IMG/VR virus record: IMGVR_UViG_3300034103_001788 | Coordinates: 6,304 to 70,303 of that record | Reading direction: 5' to 3' (one strand) | Length of the DNA: 64,000 nucleotides | Source: a virus | Position numbers and translations under genes: made by a program | The notes under the pieces: model-generated | Databases searched by the model: none | Seen by the model: only the letters and a program-made list of their open reading frames with translations | Told to the model about the DNA's origin: nothing | Shown: positions 48,288 to 57,481 of the stretch, in pieces | Layout: every line of letters starts with the position of its first letter | How positions within the stretch are numbered: the first letter of the stretch is position 1

Positions 48288-49388
48288 ATGAACAATCGAG
48301 AATTATTCAAAGAAGCTATTGCTGATGCAAAAGCTGTCAAAGAAGCAGCTATTGCGAACGCAAAAGTTGCCCTTGAGGAAGCCTTCGCTCCATTTTTGAG
48401 AGAAAAGCTTACTCAAAAACTTTCAGAAATGGAAGAAGAAACCTATGAATCTAAAGACGAAATGTATGAAGACGAATATGGCGACTCTACAGACAAAGAC
48501 TTTTTACAAAATGAAATGTCTTATGATGAAGAAACTATAGAAGCCCCAGTAGATGAGGTGGATATGATGGGCGACGAAACTATTGACGAACTTAACCTTG
48601 ACGAATTGTTAGCTGAATTGGAATTAGAAGAAGAAGCATCTGAAGAAGTATCTGAAGAAGAATTAAACGAAGCTAAAGAAGACGAAGAGGAAAAGGAAGA
48701 AGAAGAAGAAGAAGACGAGGACGAAGAAATTGACATTACCGACGTTGAATCATTGAAAAAAATCATCGAAGATGAAATTGAAAAAATGATCGAATCAGGT
48801 GAATTGCAAGCTGGTCCTGAGTACGAAGGTGAAGAAGAAGAAATGATGGGTGATGAAGAAGAGATGATGGGTGACGAAGAAGTAGTAGATGGTGAGGAAA
48901 TGATGGGTGATGAAGAAGAAATTGAAGAAGATTTTAGCATCGACGAATTATTAGCTGAACTTAAGAAAAAAGGTAAAAAAGAAATGCCTAAAAAAGAAGA
49001 AGCTAAGAAAAAAGAAGATGATAAAGCTAAAAAAGAACTTGATGAAGCTGTTAAAGTAATCAAAGCTCTTAAAGGTGAACTTCAAGAAATGAAACTCTTC
49101 AACGCTAAATTGCTTTACACTAACAAAATCTTCAAAGCTCGTAGCTTAAACGAATCACAAAAAGTAAAAGTTTTATCAACTTTTGATAAAGCTACCACTA
49201 TTAAAGAAGTAGAACTTGTATATGAAACTTTATCTAGTTCTTTCTCAACTGCTAAGAAACAAGTAGTTAAAGAATCATTAGGATTTGCTTCTAAACCTAC
49301 TGGAGTGTCTCAACACCAACAAAAACAAATGATTGTTGAAGAAGATGCAATGGTAACAAGATTTAAAAAATTAGCAGGATTAATTTAA
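48288..49388 (+). CDS. prohead scaffolding protein (gp22-like)
   Basis: Very acidic, EEEMMGD repeats, LFNAKLLYTNK, C-terminal RFKKLAGLI; between protease and capsid. Confidence 0.85.
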   Translation: MNNRELFKEAIADAKAVKEAAIANAKVALEEAFAPFLREKLTQKLSEMEEETYESKDEMYEDEYGDSTDKDFLQNEMSYDEETIEAPVDEVDMMGDETIDELNLDELLAELELEEEASEEVSEEELNEAKEDEEEKEEEEEEDEDEEIDITDVESLKKIIEDEIEKMIESGELQAGPEYEGEEEEMMGDEEEMMGDEEVVDGEEMMGDEEEIEEDFSIDELLAELKKKGKKEMPKKEEAKKKEDDKAKKELDEAVKVIKALKGELQEMKLFNAKLLYTNKIFKARSLNESQKVKVLSTFDKATTIKEVELVYETLSSSFSTAKKQVVKESLGFASKPTGVSQHQQKQMIVEEDAMVTRFKKLAGLI

Positions 49389-49425
49389 ATAAAACAAAAA
49401 CCTTAAAACAAACAACAAATAAAAA

Positions 49426-51063
49426 ATGGAATTACAATCTTTATTGGAAAGCGCCTCTCCTTATAAGGCAGTCCAAAACGATGCAGCTCGTTTAGCTAAC
49501 AAATGGTCTAAGACCGGCCTTTTAGAAGGTATTAGCTCTGATCACGAGAAAAACAACATGTCTATGATTCTTGAAAACCAAGCTAAACAGTTGGTTAACG
49601 AATCATCTCTTTCTGGCGCAGGTGTAGCTGGAGGTTCATTTACAACAGGTGCTGGTGAACAGTGGGCTGGTGTGGCTTTGCCTTTGGTTCGTAAGGTGTT
49701 CGGTCAGATCGCTTCTAAAGAATTAGTAAGCGTTCAACCTATGAACTTGCCTTCAGGTCTTGTATTCTACTTGGATTTCCAATACGGTACTACTAAGACT
49801 CCTTTCACCGCTGGTCAATCTATGTACGGTGACAGTGGATCTGCTCTTCCTTTCGGTAACACTAATACTGGTGGTACTTACGGGGCTGGCCGTTTCGGTT
49901 ACTCTATTAACAATACTGGATCAGTAATGTCTGCAACTGTAACTGCTTCTGGTAGTGGTATGAGTTGGGCTGACTTCCGCTTTGATGATAATTTTAGTTC
50001 ATCATTTGCTGGTTATGCTAAGTTGCAAGTTACCTTGCCTTCAACTACTGACTTCACTGCTGCTCGTGCTTTCACTATTGCCTCTGGTTCAACTTTGTTA
50101 GTATCTAACAACGTACCTGCTTTCACAACTGATAACGGTACTAGTACAGTTACTTTCATTGTTCCTACTTCTTCAATAGCTAACAACATTAACTTAACCC
50201 ACACTAACTGTTCTGTATCTTACAGTTTAGCTCCTGCTGATAACAAGCGTGGTGATTTCGAAGATGGTAACACTGCTTTGAACGCTGGTAACAGCTCTAT
50301 TTCAATTCCTGAAATCAACGTACAAATGAAATCAGATTCTATCGTTGCTAAAACTCGTAAGTTGAAAGCCGTATGGACTCCTGAATTCGCTCAAGATTTG
50401 AACGCTTACCATTCATTGGATGCTGAAGCTGAATTGACTTCAGTTATGAGTGAGTACATTTCTTTGGAAATTGATTTGGAAATCTTGGATATGTTGATCG
50501 ACGGTGCTGCCGCTGGTACTGAGTACTGGTCAGCTGCTAACAACCAAGTAATCAACACTGCTGGTACTGCTTTCGTAGCTAACTCTTCAGCATTCTTCAA
50601 CACTCAAGGTGGTTGGTTCCAAACTTTGGGAACTAAAATCCAAAAATTATCTAACATCATCCACCAGAAAACATTGCGTGGTGGTGCTAACTTCATGGTA
50701 GTTGCTCCTCAAGTTGCTACTGTGTTGGAATCAATTCCAGGATACGCTGCTGACACTAACGGTGATGTAACCAAAATGAATTACAACTTCGGTGTAATGA
50801 AAGCTGGTTCTATTAACAGCCACTTGAAAGTTTACAAGAACCCATACATGACCGAAAACACTATTTTGTTAGGTTTCCGTGGTAGCCAATTCTTAGAAAC
50901 TGGTGCTGTGTTTGCTCCTTACATTCCTTTGATCATGACTCCTTTGATCTACGATCCTAACACCTTCACTCCTCGTAAAGGTTTGTTGACTCGTTATGCC
51001 AAGAAAATGGTTCGTCCTGAATTCTATGGTAAGATCTATGTTAGTGGCTTGAACACTATCTAA
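49426..51063 (+). CDS. major capsid protein (T4 gp23-like)
   Basis: LENQ, LPLVRKVF, VSVQPM..PSGLVF, AKTRKLKA.WTPE.AQDL.AYH..DAE.EL, FAPYIPL, TRYA; strong high-expression codon bias. Confidence 0.95.
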   Translation: MELQSLLESASPYKAVQNDAARLANKWSKTGLLEGISSDHEKNNMSMILENQAKQLVNESSLSGAGVAGGSFTTGAGEQWAGVALPLVRKVFGQIASKELVSVQPMNLPSGLVFYLDFQYGTTKTPFTAGQSMYGDSGSALPFGNTNTGGTYGAGRFGYSINNTGSVMSATVTASGSGMSWADFRFDDNFSSSFAGYAKLQVTLPSTTDFTAARAFTIASGSTLLVSNNVPAFTTDNGTSTVTFIVPTSSIANNINLTHTNCSVSYSLAPADNKRGDFEDGNTALNAGNSSISIPEINVQMKSDSIVAKTRKLKAVWTPEFAQDLNAYHSLDAEAELTSVMSEYISLEIDLEILDMLIDGAAAGTEYWSAANNQVINTAGTAFVANSSAFFNTQGGWFQTLGTKIQKLSNIIHQKTLRGGANFMVVAPQVATVLESIPGYAADTNGDVTKMNYNFGVMKAGSINSHLKVYKNPYMTENTILLGFRGSQFLETGAVFAPYIPLIMTPLIYDPNTFTPRKGLLTRYAKKMVRPEFYGKIYVSGLNTI

Positions 51064-51097
51064 TCTTAAAAGGAATAGATTAAAAAACCTTATAAAG

Positions 51098-51124
51098 AGA
51101 CCCGGGCTTTGCTCGGGTCTTTTT
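51098..51124 (+). terminator. Rho-independent terminator after the capsid gene
   Basis: AGACCCGGGC-TTT-GCTCGGGTCT plus T run. Confidence 0.85.
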
Positions 51125-51156
51125 GTATATTAATATGTATCATAGAACAAGTTATC

Positions 51157-51843
51157 ATGACAAGCAACCATCACACTGATGAGGTTTTTAAAGAAAAAAG
51201 AAGACCTAAAACTCCTATTAAGTTTGGAATTGTATTAAATCCTGAACAAAAACAAGCCAAAGCCGCTATACTAACTAATACCGTAATTGCTATTAAAGGT
51301 AAAGCAGGTTCAGGTAAAACCTCATTAGCCATACAGGCTGCTTTAGATTTATTATTCAATCGTGAGATTGAAAAAATAATTATAGCTCGTCCATTCGTAA
51401 CAGCAGGGGAGGACATTGGATTCCTTCCGGGTAACGTTGACGAGAAACTATCTTACCTTACCTCCCCCATTTATAATATCATGCACGAGCTGATTGGTAA
51501 GGAAAAAAGCGACAAGTTAGTACAAGAGGGGAAAGTAACTGTCGCCCCATTTGGGTTTTTGAGGGGTAATACCTTCACTAACTGCTTTATCCTAATTGAT
51601 GAGGCCCAAAACGCTACTATGAAACAAACCGAATTAATGATTGGTCGATTAGGTTTAAATTCAAGAATGGTATTTTGTGGCGATATGACACAATGTGACT
51701 TAAAAAACAAAAAAGACACAGGATTTGATTTCTTCCTAAGACTAGAGGAAGTACCTAACGTAAAAGTAATTACATTAACATCTAACCACAGACATCCTAT
51801 AGTTGAGCCCATTCTTTCAGTCTACGAGAAATACAAAGACTAA
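51157..51843 (+). CDS. phoH: PhoH-like ATPase
   Basis: GKAGSGKT, ARP, GFLPG...EK, LRG.TF, DEAQN, GD..QCD, NHRHP; ATG 51157 preferred (TTG 51109 lies in the terminator). Confidence 0.9.
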   Translation: MTSNHHTDEVFKEKRRPKTPIKFGIVLNPEQKQAKAAILTNTVIAIKGKAGSGKTSLAIQAALDLLFNREIEKIIIARPFVTAGEDIGFLPGNVDEKLSYLTSPIYNIMHELIGKEKSDKLVQEGKVTVAPFGFLRGNTFTNCFILIDEAQNATMKQTELMIGRLGLNSRMVFCGDMTQCDLKNKKDTGFDFFLRLEEVPNVKVITLTSNHRHPIVEPILSVYEKYKD

Positions 51844-51856
51844 ATATTTATAATAA

Positions 51857-53023
51857 ATGGCTACTACCTATCAAAATATTCCCATATGGCCAGGATCTAG
51901 TTCATTCTTTCCTGGAATGACTCCTTTTGGATTTTATGACTATGATTTTACTTTTCAAACAGATGCTGATAAAATGGCTCAGTTTTGTGCAACTCGTTTA
52001 GGTTATCCTATAATGGAAGTTGAATTACAAGATATACATTTTTATGCTGCTTTTGAGGAAGCTGTTACTACATATGGAAATCAATTGTATTCATTTAAAA
52101 TTAGAGATAATTACTTGTCTTTAGAAGGTAATAGTACGGGATCAATTGCTCAAAATAATACATTATCCCGCCCTAACTTAGGAAATATTATCCGTATTGC
52201 TCGTCAGTATGGTACTGAAGCAGGAACTGGAGGGGATGTTGATTGGTATACAGGATCTATTACATTAAATCATAATCAACAAGTATATGATTTAGATGAC
52301 TGGGCTGTATCTCAAAGTATTACAGGTGGTATTGAAATTAAAAGAGTATTCTATGAAGCCCCCCCAGCTATTGTTCGTTATTTTGATCCATATGCTGGTA
52401 CAGGTACCGGTGTTCAATCACTATTAGAAACATTTGGTTTTGGTAACTATTCACCTGGTATTAACTTTTTATTAATGCCCGTATATGCAGATTTAGAAAA
52501 AATTCAAGCAATTGAATTTAACGACCAAATTCGAAAATCAAATTATTCATTTGAAATTCAAAATAATAAATTAAGACTATTCCCTATCCCTACAGGTGAT
52601 GTAAGTAGTTTATTATTTCAATATATTAAATTAGATGAAAGAAATTCTGGTTTTGTTTCTGGAAGTGAAGGTAATGGAAAAATATCTAATATATCAAATG
52701 TTCCTATGAACAACCCAGTTTATTCACAAATTAATTCTGTGGGTAGGCAATGGATATTTGAATATACTTTAGCTATAGCTAAAGAAATGTTAGGATTAAT
52801 TCGTAATAAATACGAACAAATTCCTATTCCTGGAGCTGAAATTAGGTTAAATGGTCCTGATTTAATTACTCAAGCTAAAGAAGAAAAAACAGCATTAATT
52901 GAAAGAATTAGAGGATTTTTGGATGATACTTCTCGTAAGGCTTTACTAGAACGAAAAAAAGACGAAAGTGATTTTATTAAACAAGAATTAAGTAATATAC
53001 CCTTTGTAATATATGTAGGATAA
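51857..53023 (+). CDS. neck/head-tail adaptor (gp13-like)
   Basis: RLGYPIMEVEL, WIFEYTLA.AKEMLG..R.KY..IP.PG....LNG. Confidence 0.8.
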   Translation: MATTYQNIPIWPGSSSFFPGMTPFGFYDYDFTFQTDADKMAQFCATRLGYPIMEVELQDIHFYAAFEEAVTTYGNQLYSFKIRDNYLSLEGNSTGSIAQNNTLSRPNLGNIIRIARQYGTEAGTGGDVDWYTGSITLNHNQQVYDLDDWAVSQSITGGIEIKRVFYEAPPAIVRYFDPYAGTGTGVQSLLETFGFGNYSPGINFLLMPVYADLEKIQAIEFNDQIRKSNYSFEIQNNKLRLFPIPTGDVSSLLFQYIKLDERNSGFVSGSEGNGKISNISNVPMNNPVYSQINSVGRQWIFEYTLAIAKEMLGLIRNKYEQIPIPGAEIRLNGPDLITQAKEEKTALIERIRGFLDDTSRKALLERKKDESDFIKQELSNIPFVIYVG

Positions 53024-53367
53024 TGGCACGTAAAGAAATAACAGAAAAATATAATAAATATAAAGTATTTTATTTAGTTAAAATAACTAAAAGTACTAAT
53101 TTAACTTACGTTGTCGATCGAATTCGCGGTGTAAAAAACGTGATTGTTGCTATGCCCGAACATAGTGATAGACTAGTAGATCTTTCTAAGAAAAATAATG
53201 ATTATGAATTTTACCTAATTAAAGTTAAATTCATGACTGATAAATCCCCTTTAGAGGTAGCTAAAAAAATTAGAAATAATATTGTTCAAGGTGATAGTTT
53301 TGATGGAAAAATAAAAGGAGTTGTATTTGTTAAACCTAAATTGGAAACTATAACTCCTACCACCTAA
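53023..53367 (+). CDS. hypothetical protein
   Basis: 114 aa; TAATG coupling at both ends. Confidence 0.6.
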   Translation: MARKEITEKYNKYKVFYLVKITKSTNLTYVVDRIRGVKNVIVAMPEHSDRLVDLSKKNNDYEFYLIKVKFMTDKSPLEVAKKIRNNIVQGDSFDGKIKGVVFVKPKLETITPTT

Positions 53368-53855
53368 TGGCTTTATTTGGAACTCAGCGTGATATTTCAA
53401 TGTTTAGACACGTATCACGTGAGCTAATGGGAGATATTATTACCCAACAAGTAGGTTATTATACACTAAAACTAGATCAAAGTACCACCAACATGTATGG
53501 TGAGGCTTTAAACAAATATTATAATGGTCCTTTACTATTAAATTGTTTAATTACTCGAGGTGATCAACAGTGGGGAGTAAGTGAATTAGGTCCTGATGTA
53601 GATCGTGAGTTAGGATTTGCATTCTTAAGAGATGATTTAATTGATTTTGATTTAACTTTATCTGTTGGTGATATAATCATGTGGTATGAAAATTACTATG
53701 AGGTAGACTCTGTAACAGAAAACCAACTATTCTCAGGTAAAAATGCTGAATATCCTTATTTAAGTTTAGGTGACTTTGGCCGTTCTATTTCACTTATATG
53801 TCAAACTCACCTTGTTCCAAGTGACAAGGTACAAATAACTAAAGAACGTGGCTAA
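53367..53855 (+). CDS. head-closure/neck protein (gp14-like)
   Basis: N.YGEA, GDII.W...YYEVD; follows the gp13-like gene. Confidence 0.6.
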   Translation: MALFGTQRDISMFRHVSRELMGDIITQQVGYYTLKLDQSTTNMYGEALNKYYNGPLLLNCLITRGDQQWGVSELGPDVDRELGFAFLRDDLIDFDLTLSVGDIIMWYENYYEVDSVTENQLFSGKNAEYPYLSLGDFGRSISLICQTHLVPSDKVQITKERG

Positions 53856-54705
53856 AAATAAACCAACTAGAGAGGTAAGACCTGAAAGTCAAAGGGAAAT
53901 AAGCGATAGCTTTGTTGATCCCTATTTGCCTAATCAAGGTAACCCAAACTCAACTACTGTTATAAACAGGGGGGAACACCGTTCATTTAAAGGGGATGAT
54001 GTAAAACCGTTTAGTATTGGTTTAAAAGATTTAGATGAAACTATTATTTACTATTTTGATAATGTTATTCGTCCTTTTGTAGTACAAAATGGAGAAAGAA
54101 TAGCTGTACCCGTAGTATACGGTGATGCTGAAAAATGGAAAATGATGCAAAAAGATGGTTATTACCGTGATAAAAACGGTAAGTTAATGGCACCATTAAT
54201 TTCATTCAAACGTACAAGTTTTGATCAAGTAAATAGCCTAGGTAATAAATTATTGGATAGTGCTTACCCTTATAACTTTGGTATCTTTCAGAAAAAATTT
54301 AACCAAAGAAACGTATATGATAATTTTAGCGTTTTAAACAACAGAAAACCTCAAGTCCAATATTATGGTGTAATATACCCAGACTTTGTAAATTTAACGT
54401 ATACAATTACGGTTTACACGTATTATATTGAGCAAATGAACCGTATACTTGAGTCAATTAACTATGCTGCAAATTCTTATTGGGGTGATCCAGAAAGGTT
54501 TAAGTTCAAAACAACTATTGCTAACTATACTACAGCAGTTGAATTACAACAAAACACAGATCGTGTTGTAAAATCAACATTTGATTTAAAATTATATGGA
54601 CATTTAATACCAGATGCTATTAATAAAGATATTGCTAACGGTATAGGTACATTTTTTAATAAAACCAAAGTTGTATTTGGATTAGAAACAACAGGAAGTT
54701 TATAA
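53848..54705 (+). CDS. tail terminator/completion protein (gp15-like)
   Basis: VPVVYG..EKW, P.ISF.R, P.FV...Y......Y.EQMN...E; position. Confidence 0.65.
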   Translation: MAKNKPTREVRPESQREISDSFVDPYLPNQGNPNSTTVINRGEHRSFKGDDVKPFSIGLKDLDETIIYYFDNVIRPFVVQNGERIAVPVVYGDAEKWKMMQKDGYYRDKNGKLMAPLISFKRTSFDQVNSLGNKLLDSAYPYNFGIFQKKFNQRNVYDNFSVLNNRKPQVQYYGVIYPDFVNLTYTITVYTYYIEQMNRILESINYAANSYWGDPERFKFKTTIANYTTAVELQQNTDRVVKSTFDLKLYGHLIPDAINKDIANGIGTFFNKTKVVFGLETTGSL

Positions 54706-54738
54706 TTTAATTTAAATTAATATTTATAATAAACTAAT

Positions 54739-55128
54739 ATGTCTGCTGGAAAATATTCTTTTATAATAGAACAAGGTGCTACATTATCTTTTGAGATACA
54801 ATATAAAGACAGCACTAATACCCCTATTAGCTTATCGGGGTATAGTGGAAGAATGCAAATTCGACCAACTGTAGATTCATCTCAAGTATACTTAACCTTA
54901 TCTAGCTCATTAAATCCTGATGGAACAGGATTAAACTTTTCTGGATCTAATGGATCTACAACTCCTGCCTCTGGAGCTATTGGAATTTATATCTCATCTA
55001 CAACTAGTTCATTACTTGATTTTAATCAAGCTGTATATGATTTAGAAATATATAGCAGTGCAACTCCACCGGTAGTTACAAGACTTATTGAGGGAAACAT
55101 TAAATTAAGTAAAGAAGTAACTAGGTAA
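54739..55128 (+). CDS. BppU-like/Ig-like virion protein
   Basis: IEQGAT...I.YKD, LSGYSGRMQIR, VYDLEI, VTRLIEG....S.EVTR. Confidence 0.6.
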   Translation: MSAGKYSFIIEQGATLSFEIQYKDSTNTPISLSGYSGRMQIRPTVDSSQVYLTLSSSLNPDGTGLNFSGSNGSTTPASGAIGIYISSTTSSLLDFNQAVYDLEIYSSATPPVVTRLIEGNIKLSKEVTR

Positions 55129-55664
55129 TGAGTAATAATATTAACTTAATCCCAAACAATAATGAAATTAATCTTGTAAACCAAGATAGGGCTATTATTG
55201 TTTCAGATCAAGATAATTTTACTCAAATTGAAGTTACACAACCTATAACCTCGGTTGTTCAAATTCTTACAGGTCCTATGGGTCCTGAAGGACCAGCAGG
55301 TAAAGGTACATTTCCATTTTCTGGATCCGCAGATATTTCAGGGTCATTTAACTTACAAGGAAATGCAACCATAACAGGATCATTGTTTTTATTTAGCGGA
55401 TCTTATTCAGGTTCGGGTGCTAATTTATTCAATATACCTGCTTCGGCCATTGTTGGATTAAATTTATCTCAAATTGCTACTGGATCAGTAACAGCATCAG
55501 TAAATACAGTTAATGATATATTTTTAATACGATCTGCTTCTGTAGAAATTTTTAAAGTAAATAATGAAGGAGTAGTTGTTTTACAAGAAAAAACAGCACC
55601 TCCTACAGTAGTTGCTGGTGGAATATTTTATTCATCATCTGGTGACTTTTTCTTTGGATCATAA
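55128..55664 (+). CDS. short fibre-associated structural protein
   Basis: GPMGPEGPAG collagen-like stretch; SGS/TGS-rich. Confidence 0.55.
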   Translation: MSNNINLIPNNNEINLVNQDRAIIVSDQDNFTQIEVTQPITSVVQILTGPMGPEGPAGKGTFPFSGSADISGSFNLQGNATITGSLFLFSGSYSGSGANLFNIPASAIVGLNLSQIATGSVTASVNTVNDIFLIRSASVEIFKVNNEGVVVLQEKTAPPTVVAGGIFYSSSGDFFFGS

Positions 55665-55689
55665 TATTTATAATAGATAATATCATACA

Positions 55690-56901
55690 ATGGCAACTTG
55701 GAAGAAACTCATAGTATCGGGATCAGCAGCCGAACTATTAAACGTAACCGCTAGTGCGGGTTTATTTAGTACCCAACTTAATGTAGGTACAACCCAACAA
55801 ATTACAACTAACCCTGCAACTACTTTTTTAAGTGGTTCATTTAGTGGTTCATTTACCGGTAACGTAAATATTAACTTAGCTGACTTAACTCAAGGAAATG
55901 GTATAGTTGCTTTTTCTTATGATGGTAATTCTGCCCAAACTGTTACTTTAGATACAGGATCAACACATTTTACCGAAGGTGTAAGAGGAAAATTATCTGC
56001 TGCTGCATATTTAGGGTATGATTCTGCAACAGGCGGTTTTACTTTTGATAGTGGATCTTATGGAACCTTTGCAGCAGGTGATGGTTTAACTTCAACTAAT
56101 GGTATTTTTGCAGTAGGTGCTGGAACAGGTATTACTGTAAATGCTAATGATGTTCAATTAAAGAATGCTGGTTCTTTAACTACTAACTTTTTAACCAAAT
56201 GGGACGGAACTCAATTAGTTAACTCTGTTGTAAGCGATAACGGTACTGTTGTTTCATCTACATTACCTTTAAATGTTACTGGTGGTATATTTGCAACTAG
56301 TGCAATTACAGGATCAGCAATATCTGGTTCAGGAGCTGTTTCGGGTTTAACTCTTAGTTCTGCAACTACTGTAACTGCTGGTAGTAATATTTTAGCTAGC
56401 TCCGGATATATTAAAGCAGGTACTCCTGCTGGTGCTCCTGATTCACCAGGAGCTGTTGAGGGTGTATTAGGTTACTTTACTAACTTAATGATCCCTGGAA
56501 GTGCCTCTATTTCAGGTGATGCAATAATTACAGGTAACTTAACAGTTGCCGGTACAGCTTCATTCAATAACTCAACTAGCTTATTAATTGCTGATAAATT
56601 TGCTTTATTAGCCTCTGGTTCTACTTCATTAACCGATGGTGGTTTAATTATACAACACACTGCCGGAGGTATTGGTACCGCATTCTACTTAGAAGCTAGT
56701 TCAACAGGAACATACGGTCGTTTTGCTGTAACTGGAAGTTTACATGCTGGTGCTTCAACAGCAACCGTAGATGAATATATGGTTACTGTTAAACAAGCAG
56801 CTGGTATTCCATCTGCTGCCCCTACTTTTGGAGATACAGGAAACGGATACGGTAACATGTATATCGACTCAGGAAACAGTGATATTTATATTTATGCCTA
56901 A
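55690..56901 (+). CDS. tail fibre-like protein
   Basis: MATWKKLIVSGS; G/S/T-rich; GNLTVAGT. Confidence 0.65.
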   Translation: MATWKKLIVSGSAAELLNVTASAGLFSTQLNVGTTQQITTNPATTFLSGSFSGSFTGNVNINLADLTQGNGIVAFSYDGNSAQTVTLDTGSTHFTEGVRGKLSAAAYLGYDSATGGFTFDSGSYGTFAAGDGLTSTNGIFAVGAGTGITVNANDVQLKNAGSLTTNFLTKWDGTQLVNSVVSDNGTVVSSTLPLNVTGGIFATSAITGSAISGSGAVSGLTLSSATTVTAGSNILASSGYIKAGTPAGAPDSPGAVEGVLGYFTNLMIPGSASISGDAIITGNLTVAGTASFNNSTSLLIADKFALLASGSTSLTDGGLIIQHTAGGIGTAFYLEASSTGTYGRFAVTGSLHAGASTATVDEYMVTVKQAAGIPSAAPTFGDTGNGYGNMYIDSGNSDIYIYA

Positions 56902-56907
56902 TAAATA

Positions 56908-57129
56908 ATGACTTTATTCAAAAAAGTTATGAGTCTAATAAACAAAATACAGGGAAATACCCAATCTAATTCTAACGTACCCGTTACAACTCAAAGCATC
57001 TTCACTAAGGAAGAAATTGAATTCTTGCTAATTACCTTAAAAGATGGTACATTTAAAGGGGCTCAATTAGAAATGATGTACAATACTGTAGTAAAACTAC
57101 AACAAGAATACGCAAAAATAAATCAGTAA
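56908..57129 (+). CDS. small hypothetical protein (possible fibre chaperone)
   Basis: 73 aa; alternative ATG at 56929. Confidence 0.55.
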   Translation: MTLFKKVMSLINKIQGNTQSNSNVPVTTQSIFTKEEIEFLLITLKDGTFKGAQLEMMYNTVVKLQQEYAKINQ

Positions 57130-57132
57130 GTT

Positions 57133-57384
57133 ATGATAGAACAAATGTTTTCAGAGGCCGAATACCAGGTCTTAATGGTAGCCTTAAGTGGCCTTCAAGT
57201 TACAGGAAGAGATGCTAGATTACTAGTATCAACAATGGACAAAGTACAAGAATGTTTAGACATGTTTGAACATGCCCGTAAAGAGGCTGAACAAGCCCGA
57301 TTAGAGGCTGAAAAACAGAAACACGAAGAACTTCAAAATCTACTCGCCGCTGAGGACAAAAAAGCGGGAAGAACTAGGAATTAA
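57133..57384 (+). CDS. small coiled-coil protein (possible fibre chaperone)
   Basis: 83 aa between fibre genes. Confidence 0.55.
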   Translation: MIEQMFSEAEYQVLMVALSGLQVTGRDARLLVSTMDKVQECLDMFEHARKEAEQARLEAEKQKHEELQNLLAAEDKKAGRTRN

Positions 57385-57415
57385 TCCATTTCTTACTTAT
57401 ATTTATAACAAACCT

Positions 57416-57475
57416 ATTGTAGGCCCGCAAGGGAAGTAGGCAGCAACGTCGCTGTTTCTAACCGCAGAAGGAGAG
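57416..57475 (+). promoter_or_regulatory. GC-rich structured 5' leader of a tail fibre gene
   Basis: CCC-GCAA-GGG hairpin, TAG-GCAGC/GCTGT-TT-CTA stem, AAGGAG 8 nt before the ATG. Confidence 0.55.
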
Positions 57476-57481
57476 TAAAAT

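Larger units (their letters stand above)
1343..57407 (+). promoter_or_regulatory. dispersed putative late-promoter motif TATTTATA (>=20 copies)
   Basis: At 1343, 2605, 5258, 11386, 14506, 14850, 17678, 20773, 24491, 33922, 35668, 39016, 40000, 40814, 42829, 44731, 46148, 51845, 54721, 55665, 56883 and 57400; mostly 3-17 nt upstream of an ATG. Confidence 0.75.

Noticed and set aside
48521-49063. 180-aa Ser-rich reverse-strand ORF
   Set aside because: Antisense shadow of the Glu-rich (GAA) scaffold gene.
41235-51063. Introns or inteins in terminase, portal or capsid genes
   Set aside because: The ORFs are continuous, of normal length, and show no intein or homing-endonuclease motifs.
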